64,000 nt of DNA from Candidatus Latescibacterota bacterium (GCA_963707635.1 OY970173.1:1280001-1344000); one strand, 5' to 3'; positions 12,963-23,209 are shown, counted from the stretch's first letter. A program made the numbers and translations. The notes: a model not told the origin generated them from the sequence alone.

Positions 12963-14045
12963 TCACCGGCTGGCGCGCTTCAGCAGCACCACGCCGACGA
13001 TCAGGAAGACGATGTTGCCGAGCTGGGCGGCGAAAAATGGAGGGAGCACGCCGTTGTGCCCCAGGGTCTGCCCCACCCGCAGCACCGCGTAGTAGAGAAA
13101 ACTCACGACCAACGTGAGACCGAACCCGGTGGCGATGGAGGGCTTGCGCTTGCCCGACGCAAGCGCCACGCCGATCAGAGAGAAGATCGAACCCGCGAGC
13201 GGAAAGCTGAATTTGAAGTGCATGTCGACGACGTACTTCTGCGCGTCCCCGCCGCTGCGTTCCACCCGGTGGATGTAGCGGCGCAGCTGCGCGATGTTCA
13301 TGTTCTCCTCGTCGATCTCTTCTTCCTCGAAGTCCTCCGGCCGCTCGCGCATCTCGCGGATGGTGAGCGTGTCGAAGGCCTCCACGCGCTCGCGGCCCTC
13401 GGCGAAATTCCTGACGTACCCGGCGGAAAACAGCCAGTGCGTGCCCTGCCACCTCGCCTTGCGCGCGTCGATGCGCCGGACCAGCGTGTTTCCGTCGAAC
13501 TGCTGCACCACCACGTCGTAGAGCGTGCGGTCTTCGTGGTTGTAGGTGCTGGCCAGGTAGACGAAGCCCGACGCGCCGAGGTAGCGGAAGTCCGTCTTGA
13601 CGTCGGGGTCCGCACGCACGCGTCCCTCGATGTCGTGGCGCATGATGTCGCTCTTCTTTCGATTCGCGTGCGCGACGATGGTGTCGTTGAAGTATACCGA
13701 GAATCCCGCGATGATCAGCGATACGGCGAAGATGGGGCGCGCGATCCGCGCCAGACTCACCCCGCACGCGAGCAGCGCGGTCAGCTCGTTGCGCCGCGCC
13801 AGGATGCCCATGGAGAACACGGTGCCGAGCAGGAGCGACACCGGCACCACGTACGTCAGGACAAAGGGGAGCGAGTAGAAGTAGTAGCGGGCAATGTTGA
13901 CGACCCTGGCGTTGTGATCGATGAAGTTGTCGATCTCCTCGAATACGTTCACCGTGACGTAGATCACGACGAAGGTCAGCACGCTGTATGCGAAGACCCG
14001 GAGAAAGCGCGTGAGCAGGTATCTATCGTGAATTCGCGGGCGCAT
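12963..14045 (-). CDS. lptG: LPS export ABC transporter permease LptG
   Basis: DRYL, NELTALLACGVS, six-TM layout with periplasmic domain; second of a tandem pair. Confidence 0.88.
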   Translation of the reverse strand: MRPRIHDRYLLTRFLRVFAYSVLTFVVIYVTVNVFEEIDNFIDHNARVVNIARYYFYSLPFVLTYVVPVSLLLGTVFSMGILARRNELTALLACGVSLARIARPIFAVSLIIAGFSVYFNDTIVAHANRKKSDIMRHDIEGRVRADPDVKTDFRYLGASGFVYLASTYNHEDRTLYDVVVQQFDGNTLVRRIDARKARWQGTHWLFSAGYVRNFAEGRERVEAFDTLTIREMRERPEDFEEEEIDEENMNIAQLRRYIHRVERSGGDAQKYVVDMHFKFSFPLAGSIFSLIGVALASGKRKPSIATGFGLTLVVSFLYYAVLRVGQTLGHNGVLPPFFAAQLGNIVFLIVGVVLLKRASR

Positions 14046-15468
14046 GACGACGGAACACCGAACGAATGACCGACAGCCAGGTCCAGTCCGTGACGGACTG
14101 TTCGCGCGCGGCCTTGCGGAGCAGGAGGACCGAACAGCCGCCGAACACGATGTTGGGCCCCCACATCGCCATGAAGGGGCTCGCGAGCCCGCGGTCCGCG
14201 AGCTTCTCGCCGCCGATCAGGCACACGTAGTAGACGAGGAAGAACACGAGGCTCAATCCGATCGCCATGTTCATCCCCGCACGACCCATGCGGATCGCGA
14301 GCGGTGCGCCGAGCATCACGAAAATCACGCACGCGAAGGGGATCGAGTACTTCTTCTGGATTTCGACGTTGTAGCGGTCGATCTGCTTGACGAACGACTC
14401 GTTCTGGTCGACCACGGTCTCGATGCGCTCGCGCGATATGTACTCGCTGCGCGCCGCGAGCGGGATCGGCGAGGCGGTGCCGGGCGTGCGCACGCCCGGC
14501 CGCACGCGCGGCGGTTCGCGGGTGGTGCGCGCCGCGGTGCTGGAGTCCTGCTCCGCGGCCCGGCGCGCCCGCGTGTTCGCGTCGAGCCACCCGAAGGTCT
14601 CGTCCATGGATTCCCGGGCGTCGCGAATCATCTTCTGACGACCGACCGCGATTTCAGTCCGAATCTCGGCGATCTTGTCGCGCATCATGCGCACGCTCAT
14701 CTCGCGGTCGCCCCGGTAATCGCGCTCGGTGCGCTGCAGCGAACGATCCACGTCGCGGATGTTCAGGGTGTACTCGCGGAAGGTGGTGCGACGATAGGTC
14801 TCGCGGTTCTTGCCGGCGGGGAGTTCATGGATCTCGCCGTTGATTAGATCGATACGCAGGACATTCTGCGCTTCGATGAACTGGAGATGTCCCGATTCCG
14901 CCACGATGGTGGTGGGGAGCTGATTCTTGTCGGCGTGCTTGAAGATCTGTACGTCGGTGATGTCGCCGGTGCGATCGTTTTTCTGCGCGAAATAGATGGT
15001 ATAGCCCTGCAGATCGTCGATGAAGCGGTTCTCGTGCAGCTCCATCGTCGGCTGCTTGCGATTGATGTCGATGAGGAGATTGAGGAGTCGGTGGTTCGAC
15101 TCGGGCAGCACGTGGTTGTTGTAGTAGGTCAGGCCGATGGTGAGGAAGATCGCTCCGATCAGCCCGGGGCGGATCATGCGGTAGATGCTGAAGCCGCATG
15201 CGCGCATCGCCGTGATTTCATTTTCGCCCGCCAGCGTGCCGTAGGTCATGAGCGTCGCGGGCAAAACGGCCATTGGTATGATCAATGCAAACATGTGACC
15301 GAGACTGAGCGTAAATGCTTGCAATACAATGTGAAACTTCACTCCCTTGCCCAGGAACAGATCGATGTAGCGGAGGATGAAATCCATTATGAACACGAAG
15401 GTTATTACCGCGATCGAGAAGAAGAACGGGCCAAGGTAGTTGCGAAGGATGTAGCGCTCGAAGATCAT
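14023..15468 (-). CDS. lptF: LPS export ABC transporter permease LptF
   Basis: ERYILR, ENEITAMRACG, KKYSIPFAC...LGAPL motifs; long periplasmic insertion. Confidence 0.88.
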   Translation of the reverse strand: MIFERYILRNYLGPFFFSIAVITFVFIMDFILRYIDLFLGKGVKFHIVLQAFTLSLGHMFALIIPMAVLPATLMTYGTLAGENEITAMRACGFSIYRMIRPGLIGAIFLTIGLTYYNNHVLPESNHRLLNLLIDINRKQPTMELHENRFIDDLQGYTIYFAQKNDRTGDITDVQIFKHADKNQLPTTIVAESGHLQFIEAQNVLRIDLINGEIHELPAGKNRETYRRTTFREYTLNIRDVDRSLQRTERDYRGDREMSVRMMRDKIAEIRTEIAVGRQKMIRDARESMDETFGWLDANTRARRAAEQDSSTAARTTREPPRVRPGVRTPGTASPIPLAARSEYISRERIETVVDQNESFVKQIDRYNVEIQKKYSIPFACVIFVMLGAPLAIRMGRAGMNMAIGLSLVFFLVYYVCLIGGEKLADRGLASPFMAMWGPNIVFGGCSVLLLRKAAREQSVTDWTWLSVIRSVFRRHAPANSR

Positions 15469-15802
15469 CGGCGGACGTCATGTCCGGGGAGGAATTTTCC
15501 CGACAGACCTCTGAATAATTACCCATAAGCGGTTTATCGACAAGACGTTTTATCGATGACGCCCCCTGACTCCGCGACGCGCGGTGGCGCCGATACGGAG
15601 GCAGTTTCACCGGGACGGTGGGGGTGTTTGGTCTTCCGGCTGGACCTGTCGCCGAAGAGCGACAGTTTCGCCGGACTCCGTCCCCGATTGTGGACGAGCC
15701 GAGCCCAGGATTCGATGCGCGGGCCCCACGAGAAGGTGATCCGAATCCACCATCGAGCAGACTGGAAGCGACGTGCCGAGCTGTTTTTCCTGGTTCTCCA
15801 CG

Positions 15803-18800
15803 ATGCGATTGAAGACCGCGTGTCGCGTTTCCCCGGCGTCTCTGCTCGCCGTCGCCGCCCTCGCCTTCGCGCTCATCGCTGACGCGCGCGCCCAGACCGT
15901 CGAGTCCATCCAGCCCTTCGCGATCGACCTCCGCGTTGTCGGAAAGTACTACGACACCCTCTATCACGACCCCGTCACCGGCGAGCTGACGGACTCGGTC
16001 GCCGTGTTCGACTGGGAGCACACTCGCTTCGGGACCCTCGGGTACCGGGTGAAAACTCTCCTGCCGACCGATGCCCGCGCGACGCGCGACGTGGTCGACT
16101 ACACCGTGGTGCCCGGCTACCGCGCACGCTTCACCGTGCCGCGCACCGCGTTCTTCGAATCCACCGAACAGGAACTCGGCGCGGTGCTCGTCATGCAGCC
16201 GCGCGACATGTCCATCCCGGACCTGCGCGTGGAGCTGACTCCGATGGACGACGTCGTCGACGAGATCGAGCGGCGATCGCGCCAGCAGGTGTGGGCAGAG
16301 ACCGCGCGCGCGTCGCTCGCCGCCGGCGTGGTATCCACCACCACGTCCGGCGGCATCGTCTTCAACATACCGCTCCCGATGCCCAAGAGCCTGGAGTCGA
16401 TATTCGGCCCCGGCGAGAAGACGAGCATCACCATCAAGGGGCGCGAAGAGATCACGCTGGCCGGAGAGACGAGCATCGTGGATCCCTTCATCGGCATCGA
16501 GGGCCGCGAGAACCAGTCGCTGTTTCCGTCGCTCGACATGCAGCAGAAACTCGACGTGAGTCTCACCGGAACCATCGGCGACAAGGTGAGCATCCAGGTC
16601 GACCACTCGAGCGAGGCGATCGGCGACGACGCCAATCGCGTGCGCCTGGCATACACGGGCTACGAAGACGAAGTCATCCAGCTGATCGAGCTGGGAAACA
16701 CGAGCCTCTCGCTCCCGGGCTCGCAGCTGGTGAGTTTCTCGACCAGCGCGCAGGGACTCTTCGGGGTCAAGATGCTGGCCAAGATGGGGGCGACCGACAT
16801 CACGCTGATCGCTTCGAAGCAGGAGGGCGAGCTTTCCAGCTCGGTGTTTTCGCCGACCGGCGGGACGCTGGGGCAGGCGGAAGCGCGCGTGATCCGCGAT
16901 ATCGACTACGTGAAGAACAAGTACTTCTATTTCGACAATCCGAGCAGCTTCATCGGGCCCGACGACGGAAAACTGATCGAGGTCTACCGGACCGTCACCC
17001 AGCAGGACCTGATCGTGAACCCGGGCATCAACCGGCTGCCGGGGTGGGCGATCGCGGATTCGCTGGGATACGGACAGGGCATCGACGAGGCGGTGGATTC
17101 GATCCGGGCGGGCGGCACACCGCGCGGCGCGCTCCAGCAGGACTTCCAGCTCCTCCAGAAGGACGTGGACTATTTCTTCATCCTCAATTCGAGGACCAAC
17201 GACGTGGTCGGACTCGAGCTGTCGGATGCGATCCCGGACGCCGCGCTCAAGTCGCTCGCGGTCCGCTACACGACGCGCGAGCTGGAGACGCCGGTGTTTC
17301 TGCCCTCGAAGCCGATCGGCGGCTCGTACTCGACCTACTCGCTCCCGCCCGACCCGGTGAAGGGGGACATGCTGATCCTGGAGATGTTGAAAGCGCCGGA
17401 GCCGCGCCCGACTCCATCGCTGTTCCCGGGGACGTGGGACCTCATGATCCGCAACATCTACAACCTCGGGCTCACCAACATCGACGGCAGCACGCTCGAG
17501 GTCACCATCGAGGACGTGTTCAACCCCCGGCTGAACCCGGCGCTGCCCGACACGTCCGACGTCCCCTACCTGCGCATCTTCGGCCTGGATCGCACCGACC
17601 GGACCGGCACCGGCAAACCCGACGATCGCATCGACCTGACGTCGGGACTGGTGAACCTGAATACCGGCGTGCTCCAGTTCCCGGTGCTCGAACCATTCAC
17701 CCCGCCGGCCGACAGCGTCGCCCGCTGGACCGACGGGCGCTTTTCGTTCACCGGCGCTGCCCGCACGGAGCAGTACAACACCTCCACGCGCATCTACAAC
17801 GAACGGCTCAATCCGACCACCGAGCAGGAGGTGCACCAGTACGTCATTAAGGTAACCGCGGTGTCGACCTCGAAGACCTTCCGTATCAACGCGCTCAATA
17901 TCGTCGAGAACAGCGAAACGATCACGATCAACAACGAAAAGCTCGCCCGCGGGACCGACTACGACATCGACTACGCGACCGGGGAAGTGACGCTCAAGGA
18001 AGGAGCGCTCACGAAGCTCACCCCCGACGCGCGCATCAGCGTCGAGTACGAGTTCAAACCGCTGGGTGGTGGGGGTTCGAGCACGCTCGCCGGCTTCGCG
18101 ACGACGTCGCAGCTCGGCCAGAACCTCCGCATCGGAACCTCGGGCCTCTACGAGTCGAAGAGCTCGAGCGACAACCGGCCGCGCCTGGGCGAGGAGCCGA
18201 CGCGCGCGATCGTCGGCGGCATCACGGCGAGCTATCAGCACCAGTCGCGGCTCCTGACCGACCTCGCGAACCTCCTGCCGTACGTGGACACCGACGCGCC
18301 CAGCACGATCAACCTGGATGGAGAGCTCGCGGCCAGCCTTCCCAATCCGAATACCAAGAACGAGGCGTACATCGACGACTTCGAAGGGATCGAAGACACC
18401 GACCGTATTTCGCTGGCGCGGCGCGCGTGGTACCCGGCGAGTCTCCCGTTCGACGCGGGTACGTACAAGGCGGCGTCGGACCGGCTCGATTTCATCTGGT
18501 ACAACATCGAACCGAACCTCGGCGTCCACCGGCGCGACCTGAACCCGACGTTGGACGAACAGGAAAACACGCTCGTGCAGTCGCTCGACATCGACGTGGG
18601 CGCGATGCCGGCGGTGGGCGATACCACGTCGTTCGCCGGGATCATCCTCGGCGTTCCCGGCGGTGGGCTGGATCTCTCGCAGGGCCAGTTCATCGAGCTG
18701 TGGGTGAACGACTTCAAACCCGACCCGATCATGCGGGGGGGAAAGCTCCACATCGATTTGGGCATCATCGACGAGAATTTCCACGACCCGGGGAACGAAG

Positions 18801-21800
18801 ACCCGAGCACGAATTTCGACGACGAGGACAAGCTGCGCGACGGGTTCGCGGCCGCCTTCGACGACACCGGGCTCGACGGCCTGTTCGACGCCGAAGAGCC
18901 CGGCTTCTCGGATTCGAACCCAGACCCCAACGGCGACGACATCCTCCTGTCGCGAATCGATGGGCGCTTCAGCAAGGCCAACGGCACCGAGGCCAACCTC
19001 AACTACGACACCGAGGACCTCGATCGCAACGGGCAGCTCACGCGCGAGAACGCCTACTTCAGCTACGTGATCGACCTGGCCGACACCGCGCAGATCGACA
19101 TCCGCGCCAGCTACCCCGGCTACGACGGGTTCGACGACGCCGGGCACGGGAACGACTCCTGGAGGCTCTACCGCGTGAAGCTCTCCAACCACACGGTGGT
19201 GGCGACGAGCGGGCTGCAGCCGCGCCTGGACGAGATCCGGCACGTGCGCATCTGGTTCGACGACGTCAGCGCGGTGGTGCGGGACGACAACGAAGTCGGC
19301 CGCCGCCGCCTTCAGATCTCGGAGTTTTCCATCGAAGGCAACCGCTGGGAGCTCGACGGCGTGCGCAACCTGTACGACGACGAAGTGACGGCCACCGGCG
19401 CCGATTTTGCGATCGGCGTGATTAGCACGAAGACGGACCCCGGCTACTACCACCCGCCGGTCGTGCCCAACCAGAAGAACGAAGTGTCGGACAAGGAATC
19501 CTCGCTGGCCCTTCGTTACACCGGGCTGCCCAACGGGACGTCGGTGCAGATCCTCAAGCGTTTCCCCGGCCAGGGGCTGAACCTGACCCTCTACCGCGAT
19601 CTCAATTTCTGGGCGCACACCGACTCGCTGCGCGCCGGCCTCGAGTACTACTTCCGCATGGGGTCGAACGAGGACAACTATTACGAGGTGGCGGTTCCGT
19701 TCACGGGAACCTACTACAACGAAACCGGCTGGGCGCGCGTCGTCTTGAGCCTCGCGGACCTGACCAACCTCAAGTTCGAAGCCCAGGACAGCGTCGTGAC
19801 CGGCACCGCGACCGACATCGCGGACCCGAGCCGCGTGTACCCGATTCGCATGCGCGGGCTCCCCAACCTGACCGGCGTCCGGTTTCTGTTCGCGGGCGTG
19901 CGCAACGTGAGCGGCGGGCCCGCGCGAGCAGGCGAGCTGTGGATGGACGACATCTTCACCGGCGACGTGATGCGCGACGCCGACCACGCGGAGCGCTTGA
20001 GCGCGAACGTGAGCCTGGCGGGTGGTGCGTTGAGCGTGGGCGGCAACTGGTCCCGCACTGGCGCGGACTACCACGGGCTGCGCCAGACGAGGGGAAGCGG
20101 GTCCGACCAGACCACGCTGGGACTCAACGCTCGCACCGATCTCCAGTACTTCATCCCGCTCGGCGGGTTCTCGATACCGATCTCGGGCAACTACGGGGTG
20201 TTCAGCTCGCGGCCCAAGTTCCCACCGAACAGCGACACCGAAATCCTCGACCCGGCGGTTGCCGACAGCTTGGGCACCGAGCGGAAGACGCGCACGTTTT
20301 CCACCTCGCTTTCCAAGCGATCCCCGTCGACGGGTTTTCTGATGCGCTATACGCTCGACCGGATCCGGCCGACGTTCGCGTATAGTGATCAACGCGGCAT
20401 CAGCCCGTCGGTGCGTGACACCACCACCAACATGTCCGGTTCCATCGGCTACCAGCTCACCTGGGGGGACAAGACCTTCAAGCTCTTTGGCAAGACCCGG
20501 ATGCGATGGATGCTCAACCAGATCGATTTTTCGGTCTCCGCGAACCGCCAGACCGCGACGCGCTGGACCTTCGTCAACGGCGTCTTCGTCGAGAGCCCCT
20601 ACCAGTACAGTGCGTCCATGCGGCAGCAGGGGTCGGTGCGCTACGCGCCGTTCCGGTCGCTCGACGGGAACTTCAACGGATTCGTGTTGCGCGACGTCGG
20701 CCTCGAGCACGAGTGGGCGGGGATCAACATCGGCCAGGAGATTGCGCGCGGCGAGAATCTCCACGTCTCGTTCGCGCCCAGGTGGATCGGCCTGCGCCTG
20801 TTTGAACCCACGATCGAAGTGCAGACGAACTACAACGAAGACTCCGGCCCCAACGTCAGGGGCTCGGGCGACCCGGAGGGCACGCGCAATGTTTCCGCCG
20901 CAAGGAACGACTCGGGCAAGCTGCGCTTCGACCTCGGGAAGCAACTCGCGACGCTGTTCAAGGTGTTCGGGTGGGAGCCCGGGGCGTTCACGGGGCGGGC
21001 CGCGCCCGCGAACCCGACCGACCCCTCCGGTCAGGCCGGCAGCGGAGAGCCGGCCGGCGCCGCGCCGGATTCGACCGCGCAAGAGCCGACAACCGCGCAG
21101 AAGCCCCGCCCGAGCATCGGCAGCCTCGGCACCCGGCTCGGCCAGATCATGGTGTCGGTCCGCCCGATCCAGTTCAACGTGCAACACCGGGAGAACACGT
21201 CCTACATGCGCATTCCGGATCGTCCCGACATCGCGTACCAGTTGGGGATCACGACCGACACGGGCCTCGAGGAGGACGGCGAGCCGATCGACCAGCCCGA
21301 CCAGCGCACCGAGAACTGGAGTTTCAGCCTGGACTCGAGCGTGCAGCTCTCGAAGACCTTCGACATGCAGGGGCGCTACTCGCGCCAGGTCTCCGACTCG
21401 GATTTTCGCGCCAGCCAGTCACGATCGAAAAACGTCTCCTGGCCCGACCTGCAGGCCAACTGGGACGGGCTCGGAAGTTTTCGCCCGCTGCGACCGATCG
21501 TGGAAAACGGACAGTTGACGATGAGCTATGGCAAGACGCACAACGAGTCCGGGCAACGCGACGAACCGCCCGTTTCCACCAACGAGACCCTCATTTTCAC
21601 GCCCGCGATCGTTCTGGGGTGGAAAAACCAGTTGAACACGACACTCAACTTCTCCTACTCGTCGAATACCAGCGAAACGCTCGGTTCGGCGTCCAAGTCC
21701 ACGTCCGGTAGCTTGAACCTAGACCTCAAGCGCAACTTTCGCGGTGGCGGCGGTCTCAACTTTTTTGGCAAGAAGATGGCGTGGAAGAACGAGATGGAGA

Positions 21801-22036
21801 CGAGCCTCATCCTCACGTACACGAGGTCGGGCGGCGAGCGCTCGACGCCCGGGTCATCGCTGGTAGAGCCGATTCCGTCCACAACGTCATTGCGCGTGGC
21901 CCCGACGGTGCGGTACTTCTTCTCCCGCAACATCAACGGCAGCGCGTTCGTCGACTTTTCGCGAAGCTTTGCCGAACAGTCCGACCAGACCACGACGGTG
22001 GTGCGGGTGGGCGTTTCGGCGGTGATCACGTTCTAG
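15803..22036 (+). CDS. sprA: SprA/Sov-like large outer-membrane protein (type IX secretion translocon homolog)
   Basis: About 2077 aa with signal peptide; GTIGDKVSIQVD, YTGYEDEVIQLIELGN, QGLFGVK, RPRLGEEP, AYIDDFE, DTEDLDRNG, GELWMDD motifs; C-terminal Phe. Confidence 0.88.
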   Translation: MRLKTACRVSPASLLAVAALAFALIADARAQTVESIQPFAIDLRVVGKYYDTLYHDPVTGELTDSVAVFDWEHTRFGTLGYRVKTLLPTDARATRDVVDYTVVPGYRARFTVPRTAFFESTEQELGAVLVMQPRDMSIPDLRVELTPMDDVVDEIERRSRQQVWAETARASLAAGVVSTTTSGGIVFNIPLPMPKSLESIFGPGEKTSITIKGREEITLAGETSIVDPFIGIEGRENQSLFPSLDMQQKLDVSLTGTIGDKVSIQVDHSSEAIGDDANRVRLAYTGYEDEVIQLIELGNTSLSLPGSQLVSFSTSAQGLFGVKMLAKMGATDITLIASKQEGELSSSVFSPTGGTLGQAEARVIRDIDYVKNKYFYFDNPSSFIGPDDGKLIEVYRTVTQQDLIVNPGINRLPGWAIADSLGYGQGIDEAVDSIRAGGTPRGALQQDFQLLQKDVDYFFILNSRTNDVVGLELSDAIPDAALKSLAVRYTTRELETPVFLPSKPIGGSYSTYSLPPDPVKGDMLILEMLKAPEPRPTPSLFPGTWDLMIRNIYNLGLTNIDGSTLEVTIEDVFNPRLNPALPDTSDVPYLRIFGLDRTDRTGTGKPDDRIDLTSGLVNLNTGVLQFPVLEPFTPPADSVARWTDGRFSFTGAARTEQYNTSTRIYNERLNPTTEQEVHQYVIKVTAVSTSKTFRINALNIVENSETITINNEKLARGTDYDIDYATGEVTLKEGALTKLTPDARISVEYEFKPLGGGGSSTLAGFATTSQLGQNLRIGTSGLYESKSSSDNRPRLGEEPTRAIVGGITASYQHQSRLLTDLANLLPYVDTDAPSTINLDGELAASLPNPNTKNEAYIDDFEGIEDTDRISLARRAWYPASLPFDAGTYKAASDRLDFIWYNIEPNLGVHRRDLNPTLDEQENTLVQSLDIDVGAMPAVGDTTSFAGIILGVPGGGLDLSQGQFIELWVNDFKPDPIMRGGKLHIDLGIIDENFHDPGNEDPSTNFDDEDKLRDGFAAAFDDTGLDGLFDAEEPGFSDSNPDPNGDDILLSRIDGRFSKANGTEANLNYDTEDLDRNGQLTRENAYFSYVIDLADTAQIDIRASYPGYDGFDDAGHGNDSWRLYRVKLSNHTVVATSGLQPRLDEIRHVRIWFDDVSAVVRDDNEVGRRRLQISEFSIEGNRWELDGVRNLYDDEVTATGADFAIGVISTKTDPGYYHPPVVPNQKNEVSDKESSLALRYTGLPNGTSVQILKRFPGQGLNLTLYRDLNFWAHTDSLRAGLEYYFRMGSNEDNYYEVAVPFTGTYYNETGWARVVLSLADLTNLKFEAQDSVVTGTATDIADPSRVYPIRMRGLPNLTGVRFLFAGVRNVSGGPARAGELWMDDIFTGDVMRDADHAERLSANVSLAGGALSVGGNWSRTGADYHGLRQTRGSGSDQTTLGLNARTDLQYFIPLGGFSIPISGNYGVFSSRPKFPPNSDTEILDPAVADSLGTERKTRTFSTSLSKRSPSTGFLMRYTLDRIRPTFAYSDQRGISPSVRDTTTNMSGSIGYQLTWGDKTFKLFGKTRMRWMLNQIDFSVSANRQTATRWTFVNGVFVESPYQYSASMRQQGSVRYAPFRSLDGNFNGFVLRDVGLEHEWAGINIGQEIARGENLHVSFAPRWIGLRLFEPTIEVQTNYNEDSGPNVRGSGDPEGTRNVSAARNDSGKLRFDLGKQLATLFKVFGWEPGAFTGRAAPANPTDPSGQAGSGEPAGAAPDSTAQEPTTAQKPRPSIGSLGTRLGQIMVSVRPIQFNVQHRENTSYMRIPDRPDIAYQLGITTDTGLEEDGEPIDQPDQRTENWSFSLDSSVQLSKTFDMQGRYSRQVSDSDFRASQSRSKNVSWPDLQANWDGLGSFRPLRPIVENGQLTMSYGKTHNESGQRDEPPVSTNETLIFTPAIVLGWKNQLNTTLNFSYSSNTSETLGSASKSTSGSLNLDLKRNFRGGGGLNFFGKKMAWKNEMETSLILTYTRSGGERSTPGSSLVEPIPSTTSLRVAPTVRYFFSRNINGSAFVDFSRSFAEQSDQTTTVVRVGVSAVITF

Positions 22037-22037
22037 C

Positions 22038-23003
22038 ATGGCGGTCAGCCCGGCGATTAGATCCCGGCGCGGTACCAGCCGCGACCGGCTCCTGGCGTGG
22101 CACGGCGTCGCCGCAGCACTCGCCCTGGTGGGGGCCGGGTGCGGAGACGCCGCCGAGCCGCCGGCGTTTTCCGCGGACAGCGTCATGGTCCACGTCGAGC
22201 GTCAGCTGTCGTTCGGCCCGCGCGTGCCCGGAACCGCCGCGCGCGACAGCGCGGCCGTGTACCTCGCGGGCGTGCTCCGGCGAGCGGGCGCGACAGTATC
22301 CGTGCAGTCGTTCGAGGTCGACGATCCCTACTCCGAGCGCCCGCTGCGGCTGTTCAACCTCGTCGGGAGCTTCGCTCCCGGGCGATCCCCGCGCGTGATG
22401 CTGGCCGCTCACTACGATTCGCGGCCGTGGGCCGACCAGGAGGCGGACTCGACTTTGTGGTCGCACCCGGTGCCGGCGGGCGTGGACGGCGCCTGCGCAT
22501 CGGCGATCCTGCTGGAAATCGCGCGCATCGTCGGCGCGCGCGCCCCGGACGTGGGCGTCGATGTCGTCCTCTTCGACGGTGAGGACTATGGAAAATCCAA
22601 GGACGTCGCCCACTACCTCCTCGGGTCGAAGCACTTTGCGGCCACGCTCGGCGGATACCGGCCCGCGTGCGCGGTTGTGATCGACATGGTGGGGGGAACG
22701 GGCACGCGCGTGCGCCGCGAAGGCTTCTCGAAACAGGAGGCGCCGCGTCTCGTCGAATGGGTGTTCGGGAGGGCGGCCTCGCTCGGGCTCGACTACTTCG
22801 AGGCGGTGGACGGCGCTCCCATGTACGACGACCACGTCCCGCTCCTGCAGGCGGGCATCCCGACCATCGACCTCTTCGGCTATGGCTACGCCGCCTGGCA
22901 CACACTGCGCGACGACGCGTCGCAGTGCGATCGCGCGAAGATCCAGCAGGTGGGCGTCCTCTTGCGCGACCTCGTCTACCATTTTGATTTCTCTCCGCAC
23001 TGA
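22038..23003 (+). CDS. M28 family zinc lipoprotein, glutaminyl-cyclase-like
   Basis: Lipobox GAGC; FGPRVPGT, AHYDSRP, DG, FDGEDYG, DMVG, DDHVP, WHT motifs. Confidence 0.85.
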   Translation: MAVSPAIRSRRGTSRDRLLAWHGVAAALALVGAGCGDAAEPPAFSADSVMVHVERQLSFGPRVPGTAARDSAAVYLAGVLRRAGATVSVQSFEVDDPYSERPLRLFNLVGSFAPGRSPRVMLAAHYDSRPWADQEADSTLWSHPVPAGVDGACASAILLEIARIVGARAPDVGVDVVLFDGEDYGKSKDVAHYLLGSKHFAATLGGYRPACAVVIDMVGGTGTRVRREGFSKQEAPRLVEWVFGRAASLGLDYFEAVDGAPMYDDHVPLLQAGIPTIDLFGYGYAAWHTLRDDASQCDRAKIQQVGVLLRDLVYHFDFSPH

Positions 23004-23006
23004 GGT

Positions 23007-23104
23007 TGGCGGTCGATATATCGGACTCCGCGCTCACCGCTCGCGCGCACAAGTTGGTACGCGCGACTCGCGAGATCGCGCTTCGCCCGACATATCGCCC
23101 GCCA
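23007..23104. repeat. Intergenic hairpin module A, copy 2
   Basis: 18-bp inverted repeat with 2 mismatches (23007-23024/23087-23104) around the conserved core. Confidence 0.9.
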
Positions 23105-23197
23105 GGGGTGGGATGCGCTCCCTCGGAAGCCAATCCGCAGTCGCGCATATCAACATGTGCGCGGGAGGACGGCGCCCGAGGGAGTGCATCCCACCCC
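23105..23197. repeat. Intergenic hairpin module B, copy 1
   Basis: 22-bp inverted repeat with one G-T pair (23105-23126/23176-23197); core shared with 28338-28433. Confidence 0.9.
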
Positions 23198-23209
23198 CTC
23201 CTAACCCCC

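Noticed and set aside
15218..21187. 1989-aa minus-strand ORF, and similar long antisense ORFs over nusA/infB, ptsI and the RND genes
   Set aside because: Shadow frames opposite well-supported genes, expected from high GC3; no motifs.
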